DNA from: Saccostrea cucullata
Lineage: Eukaryota
Reading direction: 5' to 3'
Length of the DNA stretch: 64,000 bases
NCBI RefSeq assembly: GCF_032062105.1
Contig: NW_026941489.1
Location: 62,001 to 126,000 of the forward strand
Within the stretch, counting starts at the first letter, position 1. Every line of letters begins with the position of its first letter. The notes under the pieces are model-generated. The model worked only from the letters and a program-made list of their open reading frames with translations, did no database searches and had not been told where the DNA came from. Made by a program: the position numbers and the translations under genes. Shown here one piece after another: positions 1 through 12,093 of this stretch.

Positions 1-327
1 CTCTATTATAAACGGGAAGACTTCAGCTTTATCGTCGTAAACTTCTGTAATATTATATGCAATTGTATTCTTCTGTTAAGTGTTTGTATCTCTAACTTCA
101 TTCATACTCAAGAGAACGACTATTTTTTAAACCGAGGAAAAGTACTGACTAATAAGTTATAAAATCTCGGAAAAAGTCGAAATTTTGAACGTTTTAAAAT
201 CTTGAAAAGAAACAATCTCAGTTTCGCCATATTTTCAGTTTACATTTGTAGTTATTTGTTGGATATAATTTAATACTTTTCATATCTGCTCTGTATAAAA
301 CCAATGGCGAGCGTGACCAGTCAATAG

Positions 328-660
328 TATGTACATTTATTGACTGGGTTCGAGAGCAGCATGCGTTTTGACTTCAACCAAACAGTTTGGTTCGAGAGGT
401 CGACAAAACGCATTTTGCCATGGAACAAAGATAATAAATGTTTTGTTATAGCTTTTACTATTTATTTTGAAATATTAGAATTTAAATTTTGTTTACCTGC
501 TGCATTGAAGTTCTGTCGAACTCCAACGAATGGAAAGAAGTTAAAGTTGTCCCGCCCACCCTGTGACGTAAGCGGCCGAACATCTCATCAACTGGTCAAA
601 CATGTCACTTTGCGGCCAAACATTGAATTCTATGCCCTCTCAGTAAAACATTGGAAATGA
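328..660. mobile_element. Fragment of a dispersed palindromic (Crypton-like) non-autonomous repeat
   Basis: ACATTTATTGACTGGGTTCGAG...GGTCGACAAAACGCATTTTGCC is the reverse complement of the hairpin element at 15100-15210. A third copy lies at 24930-25056. Confidence 0.5.
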
Positions 661-871
661 CTTTTTTTGCATACAATTTTATAGGACACAATTTTTAGTG
701 GTATAACAGAAATACTTAGTCCATTTATGAACTTGTCCTGTTCATAATTTTTCATGTTTTTATAATAATCATAGGATCGACTTTTTTATTATTGCCTTTA
801 TTGATTGTTTGGTGATTTTTTTCTATTTGATGATTACTTTTGAGCATGTGTTTTATTTTTTTTATTTTCAG

Positions 872-3800
872 AAATAAATGAGATTCATAAAGTCGAAGAC
901 TACGTTGAAAAACTTAAGACGTCAAAACCACATCAAAGAACAGATATAATAAAATTAATACAGACCGAATTGTTGCCCCACTTAAAAGCTAATGACGACA
1001 TACGGAATCTGTCCACTTTACTTACATGTGGTGATGAGGACATACAATCCATAACGCTAAAATCCCTGAAGTCAATTTTATTGACGCTAGAAATCGGTAT
1101 GGTTGAAATACAATCTTTGGAAAGTTGCTTACAAAACATATTAGTGTTGATGATGTCAGATGAAACATCCCAAGTTTTGTGGTTTTCTATATGTCCAGTT
1201 GTTTTGCGTGTTATAGCATTTGTTTCCATACAGTTTTGTTATGTAAAATCAGAGAGGAAAAAGACGTCTGAAATAATGTCCCCAATAGTAGCCCATTTAA
1301 AGGACTACGCTGAAAAACTAACAAAGCATTGGCATAAGGAAAATACGAAGGTCCACAAAACTATTCATTGTATTGTGCATTTTCTTTCAAAATTTGAAAA
1401 ATTTAAAATGAGTGAAACTCTCATAAAAATTCTTGGAAATTGGGAAGATGCATTTTCAACAAAAGACAGTGACAAGGATTTGGCAAAGCTAAGGATACAC
1501 GAGCAATACATTTTCGCATTTGGATTGATCTCAAAGGTATAATTTTAATGCATTTTAACTGTCTCAATAAAAGCTACATGTACATGTATGTCAAAATTGC
1601 AACAATGAGTAACTTTACTCTTCAAAAGAACCATGGTAAGTAAATAAAACACTATCCTGTGCCAGTCATGGATCAGTTATTTGCATTCAAGACTTAGTCG
1701 AAGTTAATTGCTATTCTTGGGGGAGTGAGCGGAAGAGGAGCAAGTTAGCAAATAATGTAATGTTGTTGTTGTTTATTGAAATGCATAATAAGACGGAGAC
1801 AGTAGAATGAGAAGGAGATTGAGTATTTAACAACATTGTAAAAGTAATACTGTAAAATAACATATTTTCAAGGGCTCAATATGCCCAACTAAAGAAACAT
1901 GTTTAATAAAGTAGAAATGGTTCTACGATTAATAAATTAAAAGCTTGAAAGATTATTAAAAATATCAGTAGCTAATCGCAGTTTTTATTAAATTGTTTTA
2001 TTGGTATTTAGATGGCGAGAAGTCCATCGTTGTTTCGCTGCAACTTTATACAGTTTCTTCGAGCAACATACTGTTGTCCTCATCGTCTTGTGGAGAGGAA
2101 GTGGCATGAAGAGTTATTTCATTCTCTTACAGAACTACTCCTTACTGGAGTAGCCGACGTCTTTAACAAAGGTTTTATCTTAGTCTTTAAAGATTTATAT
2201 TTTGTTTACAATTTTGGAAAATTTGAACTGGTTATCTTTTGATATATACACTTAACAAAACTTCTAAGTGTTCATTTTAATAAATGTATTATTTATTGGA
2301 AAAAAACTTAATAGAATGGTATGAAATTTTCAAATTATTACAACAAATGAGTCTTCTCAACAATTATAGAAAGAAAACCAAATATCACCGATGAAAACCA
2401 ATGTTCCGTGACGAACCTTAAAAACAATAAATCTGTACTTCGCGGCACGTGTTTTGTTTAATTAGCATCTTTTTGTGATCATTATCAAATTTTAAAAAAC
2501 TGGTTTCACAAAAAAACACACAAAACATTGGCAAAATGACCATTGAGATAGAAGGGAAAGCCGTTGGAATGTTGATATCTGGACCATATTTGCACCACTT
2601 TTTACTCACTTTTATTTTAGTGTTTAATTGTCCTTGACATTACTTTTAAGAATTAACAACCATTATCAAAACCCATATAAACACATTTTTCTATAAGCTG
2701 TGCGTCATTTTCATCGCCAATTTATCACAATTTGAGAGCTTTGGACAAAATTTAACCAAACCGGAAGTGACCTTGATCTTCTTCTGAGGCCAAAATTTTG
2801 CGTCACATGAGGTTAAAAGAGTGTTAAATTATTCTGAAGCAATCTTAGAAACATGAAAACAAACAATTTTAATCATATGAAAATGATAAGAAATCCGTGC
2901 TCATGACAGTCAAATATCAGCTCAAGCAGTCTGAATCATCATTAAAGCGGTGCACTTACGAGCTAAACGCCCAAGGATATTGACCAAAAGGCCTCTGTGT
3001 GATGATGCACAGTAAAATTACCGGATCTGAATCCCATTGAACACATTTGGCAGTTTATAAGGAATCTCAAAGCCCCCCCCCCTTCCATACCATTTCAACG
3101 GTTTGGAAAGATCTATGCAGTAGGTGTAACAGCAGATGGGTCAATCTCCTATTCAGGGGTACATAGTATCCAACAGTAAAGAACGTCTTGCAGTAATTGG
3201 AGCGAGTGGTGTTCTTACTCCATAGAGATTATTTTGTGTGAATTTTCATTTTGAGGGTATATAATTTCCTTGGCACTTTGCTTAAAATTCGGACGATATA
3301 CATAAAATTTACGCAACATCGAACTGAAATATGCATCATTAACCTGAATTAAAGAAATTTTCTATAGTATGCATTTGTTCTTTAAAACTTAAAAATGTTA
3401 GGTGAACACTTAGAATTTTGGTTCAGTGTATACTATTGCCTTTATAATATCAGGTGTGTTTATACAATTTAAAAAAAATCTTCCGTGGGATTATGCTTAC
3501 TTTCATTCCTTTTGTTTAGTTGATGAAAAAAGTGAAGATTTCCAGACCCTCTTGGAAGTATTAAAGGTATCTTCTCAAGGTTTCCATGCTAAATGGTCTT
3601 TCCTGCCAATTCCAGAGGAAGTTCACGATCTTCTTTTTACTCTTGGTCATCCAGTATTGCAGTTGGTTGTAAAAGCTTTAGATTTATCAGAAACAATGAT
3701 TCGAGAGTTAGCAGAAGCCAATATTAAGAATACAGTGCCTGGTCTTCATATACATGACAAAGTTAGGGAAATTTTTTCCAAGACAGATGAAAGGAATTAC

Positions 3801-6800
3801 TGGTCGATATGTGGAGGAAGATTGTATCATTTTAATGTCACGATATCAATTCTGATTCCAGATATTTCCACCCTTAAAAATACTGATCATACTGAAGAAG
3901 CAAAGTCAAAACATGTGCGGAAAACCAATGAGTTCGAGATTTTGCTCTCTATGCAGAAAGATTATAGGCATACATGTAATTCAATTGCAAAACTTTTGGC
4001 CTACGGGTCCTCTAGCTTGCCGTTGCCATTTTATGTGGTTGAAAATCATCCTCAAGGCTTGTTGGAAAGGCTGTTGGAAGCAAGAAGGTCCCACAAGTGG
4101 CTTCCTAGATCATGGATGTACGAACGCTTGCAAGAGATGGCGAGCTGCTTTACCTATCTGCATTCACAGCGCATTGTGCATCGCGATATTACATTGCATT
4201 CATTCTGTTTGAAAACGTGTCTGACCTCAGGAAAATGCATGGCTGTGTTACAAAAGTTGGAGCTTGCTCACAGCACAACAAACACCTCTTCGAGCACGCA
4301 TATTTCAGGTAAAGGAATAAAAAAAAGTTACCATCACAAACCAGTTGTAAATTTATCAATAATGATTGGTTAATAAATGCCGTGTGAGGACAGGAAAGAT
4401 TCAGTGTATGGTTTTTTTTTTCATTTGTTATATGTAGCAAACACTCCAAATTGAAGCAAAGCTTTGTAATATCATTGTACAAGTGCTTTATTCTCATTAT
4501 TTTGGGGTAAACATAAATATTTTTGCTTATATTCGTGACTGAATTCATGGTATTTGACATTAAGTATATCGGTATTTCATTAATGAACTTGGAAGTGATT
4601 TAGGTATTGTAATTGAAATATTTATTTCAAAAATTTGATGTTGATTATAAATATTGCTAAGAAATAGAATGACCTTTCGTAGACAACGTGGTGTTTTTGA
4701 TAATCAGTGGTTCTTCCAGATGCTTCTGAAATAAAAACACTAAATTATACGCCGTTCGGAGGTAGGATTTTCTATATAAAGCATAAGTAAAATTTTACAG
4801 TCATCAGTGGGGATTGGATACCTATCCGATGGTCGGCTCCAGAATCTATACTACATGGAAAGTATGATTCAAAAACAGATGTGTGGATGTTTGGTCATAC
4901 TATACATGAGATGTTCACATACGGTTGTGAACCATATACAGAACTTTACAGTGAAAACACAGAGGAAGTGATCATAAGGGTAAACCTGTAACTACTAGTA
5001 TAATAAAATTACTTTGGTTTATTGAATTATCTATATAATTATCATTATTTTTTATCTTATTGATTAAGTTGTTTGCTTTTACATCAGGTTGTTACGCGGA
5101 GGCTCAAGCCATACAAATGGAAATGCATACCACATTCATTTCACATTCTTTCAACAAAATGTTACGATATACATCCTGAAAAAAGACCACCCATGCACGT
5201 AGTTGAAAAACATATACAAACACTAAGAGACCAGTCGTGTCCGGGAAGCTTGGGTAAGTGTTCTTATATATATATATGGATTAAGCTTAATCTGTATGCA
5301 ACAATCTCGCCCAGAATGTTATACAATCATATTCGAATTATTAGCTTCGGGGTGAACGAGCTTCGCCAGTATACAAAGAAACAAACACAAAATATCTTCC
5401 TACTTTGAATGAGACATTACAAATTTTTTTTATAACAGATATTGGTGGTAATTCTGTACCACATATCGGGGATAAACAACTCAAGAGGGAGCACAAACCA
5501 GAAAGAGTAGGTTTTTTGTAAAATAAACGTGAGGGAAAGTTTTACACTGTATTATAACATAACATGTAAATGATATATGACAAAAAACTCTTTGAAAAAA
5601 ATCATAGCTATATGTTGATAAAAAATGAAAATACATGTATATCAATAGGGAATTCCAAATGTGGTCAACTTTCTTCGAGAAAAAACAACCGAAAACCCAG
5701 GTATGAATATTTTGTCTCTCGCATTAACGATTTTATGTTAAAAAAAAAAAAACTTTTGATAAGATAATGCCTCATCGTTTTCAAGTAGTTTAATAATAAT
5801 AATACTTTTTTGGTCGTGAAATATATGCTCAGAAAAACAACAAAGGATCTGTGCAAAATCAACAATTTGGTAGTACATAATATTTCCATGGACAAAAACT
5901 TGGGTTTTTATTGGATTCGCCAAAAGCTTTTATAGTGAAAGGGAACTGATACCGTATTATAAACATCTAATTTAAGGCCCTAAAACCCAATTCATTGTTC
6001 AATAAACTTATTTAATTTAAGTATTGTAAGTTTTTTCATTTTGTAAAATTGTAAAATAATAGATAATTTTACATATGTCCATTGTCAGTGCACTATTTTC
6101 TCCTGCTTTTCAACAACAATTTTTCACTGCACTGCTATTCAATTTTATGAGATAAAAAGTTTCATTTTAATATATATATGCATCATGTTTTATGAGATTA
6201 GAAGAATTTGAGACCTGTTACAAAACTTTGAGGTCAAGTATCTACGGCAGAAACAAATCTTTGGAGTTCAATTTGCGAAAAGAAGACCTTGAGTCGAGAG
6301 AAGAATTTAAAATAACAAATGAGGTTAATTTTGTCTGAAACCCCTTTTCCAAAATATTGAAATGATTTGAATAAAATTATTCTTATAACACCATTAACAT
6401 TTATTTATTTATTAATAGATAAATTGCATCATTGTTGAAGAACTAGTATCTGATACCTTTTTTAATCTAATGTTACCAAAATTAAGTGGAACGTTGGCTG
6501 AAAATTTGGGTTTAAAAGAATGTGCAGTAAAGAAAATTCGACGATGTTCATCAAGCACAGATGCAAAAATGATCATCGTAAGACGTTTTATTTTTATTCT
6601 CTATTTCATTTAGAATTGCATATCGATCAAATATGCTCAAATCTCTATGTTTTTATTGTTTATTTTTTATATATACATGTATATTTTAAAATTCTTTGTT
6701 CATTTTGTATTGCTTTTCTTTTCTCTACCATAGTTAAATGTTATCAAACATATCAAACATCAATATATGTTTGGCATTATTAGAAAGTATGAAAAAGAGC

Positions 6801-8416
6801 ATTAATACATACAGACTTGGGAAGTCTACTTTATAGCTAGCAATATAATTTTTGTTTCAGCAATATACGTTTCCGTCAAGTTCCAACATTTTGTGTATAG
6901 CTGAAGAAATGTCAAAGAATTCAAAAGAGGAAAACGTAAACACTCTTTTGCGATTTTTATTTGCTGTTGTCAAGCATGTGAAACAAATCCACAGCAGGAA
7001 GTGGTTGATGGTAGACTTGATTGGCAAATATGTTTTTATTATTGACAAGCAAGAAATGCCAAAGGTATTTCAAAATTGTAATAGTACTACTAAAAGCACT
7101 AGTCAGCAATAATTTTTGTGAAAGAGAACAATTATATTAGATTAGTTTCCATGTATTTCTTGCTTTGATTTCTACTTCAGTAATATGGAATTTTTTTTTA
7201 TTTTTGAGTTTAGGCACTTATGATTAGAATTGGTAGGATGCAAAGCTTGCCACAAGAATGTAATATCCAAGAATATAGCATTATAGTCAATCAGGATCTA
7301 CAAGATATGCTTTATTGGTAAAACTGACCTCTTTCTGCTCCTAAGAATTGATAAAAAAACTTAATCTTAACTGAAAAAAAATTCCGTACTTTTTTAACAT
7401 AAATCAATGTCATTGGAGTTAACTGAAGCAAAAGGCAATATTTCCTGAATCACTTGTCAACGTAAAATTAAGTAAAGCATTCATAAGTGATTTTTAAGGC
7501 TTCCCAAGGAAGTAATCGGGCACAACGAACTATCGTGTGGCAGTGATGTTTACACAATGGCAATGCTTTTCTATGAAGTTTTTTCCGTCCTCTCTGGTCG
7601 TGAACGTCTAGATTGTGTGCCATTTGGGAACAAACACAAATCCAAGGCAAGTGTAACAGATTCATATCTCAATAACTAGTACAGAAATTTAAAACTTCCG
7701 GATAGTCCACATTTATCTCCCTTGTAAAGACTTAATTATAATTACCGACCTCCCCTTATTTGTTAAATCATATGTCAACGTTTTTTCAATGTCTTAAAAC
7801 AATTCGTCTCAAAGTGTTTTATTAACTTTTGATATATTTTGGGATTAAATATTTCAAGGTACCATATGATTCGTACGTTCATCATCTATAGAAAATGCTC
7901 ATACATGAAAAATTCTTGTCTAACATATAAATGTTTGATATGCAGCTGTTAGAACATTTGAATGAGGGACAGGTTCCCGAAAAACCGGATCTATGTCCAA
8001 GCTGGTTGTATGATGAAGTAATGTTAAAATGCTGGGACCTCGACAGAACATGTCGTCCACATGTTGATGAGATAATTTCCTTATTTTCGAGCAAGTAAGT
8101 CGACAAAAAATAGCGATTTAAAATGATTTATGATTTTGAGAAAAATTTGATTATCATAAAAATTTCACTATAGAAGAAACTGCTTTACCATTTAAGGTTA
8201 GATTTATCTGATGCCCCATTGTCCTCGGCATCAGGGTCTATCAGCAGCTACAAGGGATTTGATGAGAGTAATTCAAACAGGGGTGATGGATACTTGGACG
8301 TAACACATTCCTCGGATAGTCCCCACACTCACAATGACTATCACAACCCACTAGAGGATGAGGAGGAACATTATGATCTCATCGATGAAAATCTTCTCCA
8401 AACTGTACATTTATAA
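872..8416 (+). CDS. Multi-exon tandem tyrosine-kinase-fold pseudokinase with N-terminal helical (HEAT/ARM-like) region; 5' end not found
   Basis: Exons joined in frame: 872-1536, 2012-2171, 3520-4308, 4801-4979, 5088-5253, 5439-5506, 5649-5700, 6202-6323, 6419-6577, 6734-~6786, 6861-7064, 7214-7317, 7499-7646, 7946-8094, 8197-8416. Domain 1 motifs: VHRDITLHSF, IPIRWSAPES, TDVWMFG, EMFTYGCEPY, CYDIHPEKRP. Domain 2 motifs: ECAVKK, HSRKWLMVDL, YWLPKE, SDVYTMAMLFYE, CWDLDRTCRP. The first exon seen is internal (phase 1, no ATG). The 6734-6860 junction cannot be joined in frame. Confidence 0.85.
2900..3290 (+). mobile_element. Degenerate Tc1-family transposase remnant (intronic)
   Basis: 3021-3050 reads PDLNPIEHIW, the Tc1 SPDLNPIExxW motif. 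The surrounding frame is broken and the boundaries are approximate. Confidence 0.65.
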
Positions 8417-10645
8417 GTCGTCAATTTTTACGAGAAAAAGAGATAAGGAAATTGTGAATGCGCAAATTAAACGTCGACGTAATGTGTTTTCCTTACATAT
8501 GTTGGTTTTTATTGAAAAAGAGAAGCAAGTGACACAATTGATAATCGTTTGAATTTATGATATTAATTGCGTTTTCATTTAAAATATCTTTGATGCATAT
8601 TCTGTATGTGTTTGTTTCCTTTACTTAATATTTATGATTTTGATGAGTATCCTAATTTTGTTTGTTTTGTTTTCAAATTCTTTCAAAATTTGAGGAGTGT
8701 TATGAAAGCAAAATATTTTTCTCAGGAATTAGACTATATGATTTTTTTAAAGTATACATGTTTTTTTTTGTTTTTTTTGTTTTTTTGCTTTTTTTTTAAT
8801 ATGTTTAATACACCGAATTCTATTAAATACTTTAAAAGAGAAAATATCATGCATCAATAGATTCAAGGCTTTTTTTATCATTAAAATTTTTTTCTCATTA
8901 GAATTTTATTATAATTTTTCAGTGTACATTCTTTTTTTAAATTAAAGAAAACATAAAAACATATCCGAATTGACCAGTACTAAATCACAAATGACAATGA
9001 TTTAGAACGAAATCATTCAAATAGATCATTATTTACATGTACATCCTTCATAAAACTTGGATCTATTACACTCCAGACCATAAAAATATTGACCTGAAAC
9101 ACAGACAACCCTGTAATTAATAAAATTGTTGGAAAATTGTTCTGACTTTATTTTACAAAAAAGAAATCAGAGAATCATTTACTTTTAAAAGTTTTTCCAT
9201 GCATGGAAGCAAAACATCCAACGTTGCAGTCTTGACATAATTCAGTGTAAACAGATACTTATTAATGCTGCCTGTTATATACATAACGCTTTTAAGTTTT
9301 AAATTATTTATCAGTTTTGATTTACACTTTGACGAGCTTAGAATTTGTGAAATGTTTTACTTTATATCAACAACTTATCTGGCAATAAGCATCTTCGTTT
9401 TAGAAATCGTCCATGCTTAGAATTTGCTTTTTCAAATCAACAGCATAAAGACACTAGTCTAATATATGCAGATGATACATGTTATAATCTATACTTATAA
9501 ATTAGCAAATTTTGCAAATAAACTCTGAAACGGTGCACAAGAGTTCTTACTTAAGCCTGTAGGAATACACTAGGTATAAGGTGATGTCCTTAAACTATAT
9601 TTAGATTTCACGCGCAAAGTTATTATCGTAAATTTAATTAAAAGTCTACTTTCATTTTCGAATAACAGCCTCGAAATAGCACTGAAGAGAGTAAAGTGGT
9701 GGCGGATCTAAGTAAGTGGCATTTTATAATAAAACTGACAACAAGCAAGCGCTTATTTATTTCATAAAACGTCATTAATGAATTATTCAATCAAAACTTG
9801 ATTTAAGTGATATAAAAGAAATAAGCTGTGGTCATTGATTAAAAAACAAAATGTGTAAATTCTTTCCGTTTATGTCCGATCTCGCTATTTGTTGAAAGTT
9901 CTAGAAAGTCAGGTGTCATCGAACCCGATGTCTAAAAGAAAATCGAGGCGATTGTGTATCATGAATGGACATGAAAATAAATGTAAGAAATTGGTAGCAC
10001 AATGAGTTTGTGAATATAGCTTAGTAAGTTGAGCTTTTTTTATATAAATAAATGTCGATTAATGGTCATGGTTATTTGTTTTGACATTTAAAATGGTGCA
10101 ATTTAATTTTTAAATAATTTACCTAAATGATTTTCTACATACAGTCATTTATTTTTAAAACTTATTTATACCTTTTAGGCCTGTATGTACATTTGTGATG
10201 AAAACTAAGCTTTTTTCCAATATTTTAAAATGCTGTCAAATTTATAGTTAAATGTGCACATCCAATATCTAATCCGTGATGTAAGTATAATAAGCAATGA
10301 TATAGCTCAAAATATATTATAATAAAGATTTTAACATGTAAAGAGAAAATAACAATGAGCACCTTCATATAGTACATGATGTATATCATAGTGCAACAGA
10401 ATAATGTTGCTTTATAACATGTAAGAAGAAGAGGCCTTTAATGAAATTGATATTTGTAGAAGTAAAAAAAAATCCCAAAATATTAGGAAAATTAATGTAT
10501 TTCTATAATTATCTATTTATGTTCCTACACTAATTGCGGGACTTTGAAGTATTTTGCCATGCAATATTCCTGTGTAATAAATTGTCAATAGAATCTGAAA
10601 GATAATTTTGGAATAGTTCTGTTAGCAGTAAAAAAAAATTAATTT

Positions 10646-10674
10646 CCCCCGCGCTTGCGAGGGATTTCAGCTAG
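10646..10674 (+). mobile_element. Helitron-type 3' terminus
   Basis: GC hairpin CCCCGCGCTTGCGAGGG followed ~8 nt later by CTAG|T. The 5' end was not identified. Confidence 0.5.
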
Positions 10675-11223
10675 TATATTAGATTGTAACACAAGTAAGG
10701 GAAATTGATAAATTTTAGAAAGAGGTGTCTAGAAAGGGACTCTACATGATGTTCACAAGGGAAAGAGGAAATTCATTTAGATAAGTGCAGGTACGTGCAG
10801 TGCAAGTTTTTATTTAAAATAGTTCGTTCAATTGAATCATTTCCTTACCTGTTTTATGACCCATGATGTTAATGCAGAGTCATTTAAATGTTATGACGTT
10901 CAAACAATAGTAAAAGGTGGCTATAGGTGAGTACTAGTATTTCTGTCTTTTCCGCCAAAACTGAGATTATTTGGTTCATAATATTACTATTATGAAAGAG
11001 GATGTTGCAGTTCTTTTGTTATTTCCCTAAATTTGTAGCAATTTAAAAGAAGAATTTTTATGTTGCAGAAACTCATATTATTTTTTTTCAAATGCAACAA
11101 TATATAAAGCACAACGAGAAATTAACAGTATTTGGAAGGTGCGTATTGACTTCCAATTTGCCATTAAATGATGTGAAAATTAGTCTTACGGCAAAATATA
11201 TCAGGTTTTCCCTTTTTTAAATA

Positions 11224-12082
11224 GGGAATTCCCATTGTCCTGAAAAAATGCCTCCTTGAAACAAAATAATTTTGATATCACAAAGAGGCAAGAATTTTCT
11301 TCAAAACTGTCATTTCCGATTTTTGTTTCAAAGAGGCACCCATGGTCTAGTGGATATGATGGTGGGATTCCAGTTAGTACTTTTACCGAGAATGGGTTCG
11401 AATCCTGGTATGGAACATAAAAAATTTAGTTATACGTACGTACGCATGCGAATTTTTGTAAACGGAAAGTATAGTAAATTAATTGTAAGGCATTGTATTT
11501 TTGATTTCTAATTTAGAAAAATCAAAGGTGAATTGAAATTCGTACTTATTCTAGTCATAAATATCATGGACAGTGGATAATTATCATAGGTATTGTCATC
11601 TCACTGCAGTGAAGCGCTTTAAATTTTTTGTATATCCCTACAGGACAAGCTTTTCTGCATCACTTAAAAAAATGGGGACAGTCTTGTTCAAATGGGTCAT
11701 GGGTACAAAATAAACATGCTGCTTGGTATCAGTTTGACTTTTCATTGATTTATACAAAGACCTTGATGGATCATCGAATCATCTTTCATTAAAAAATTAA
11801 ATAGTGCTCTTGCTTAAAATTGCTTAAAAATCAATTAACTGAATCAAGAAATAAAGAATTTAATCGATAACTTTACTCGTTTATGTCGTACGTGTAGACG
11901 TCTAAACGTTCTAAACTTGTAACTTCACGTCGGAATTGACGTCATGATGTCGAAGAACACAATTGATGACGTCATAATAATTATTTTTATGGATCCAGCT
12001 GTTTCCTGTGATAAATTTATATCTTATAGAGTTCGAATTTTGCTTTGAAATGAAAAATCGTATCTACATAATGATATAAAAG
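11224..12082 (+). promoter_or_regulatory. Candidate promoter of Ig receptor 1 (kB site, two CRE sites, ISRE-like motif, TATA)
   Basis: GGGAATTCCC 11224-11233; TGACGTCA 11937-11944 and 11967-11974; GAAATGAAA ~12047; TATAAAA ~12075; ATG at 12094. These are motif matches only. Confidence 0.35.
11338..11412 (+). mobile_element. tRNA-derived Pol III head (SINE remnant)
   Basis: A box TGGTCTAGTGG and B box GGTTCGAATCC, with no complete cloverleaf. Confidence 0.5.
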
Positions 12083-12093
12083 CAGAAACAGCT

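Noticed and set aside
872-8416. Calling the kinase gene JAK
   Set aside because: No recognisable FERM or SH2 domain, and neither kinase domain has a full catalytic motif set.
11338-11412. tRNA gene
   Set aside because: A and B boxes are present but there is no acceptor or anticodon stem, so it is treated as a SINE head.
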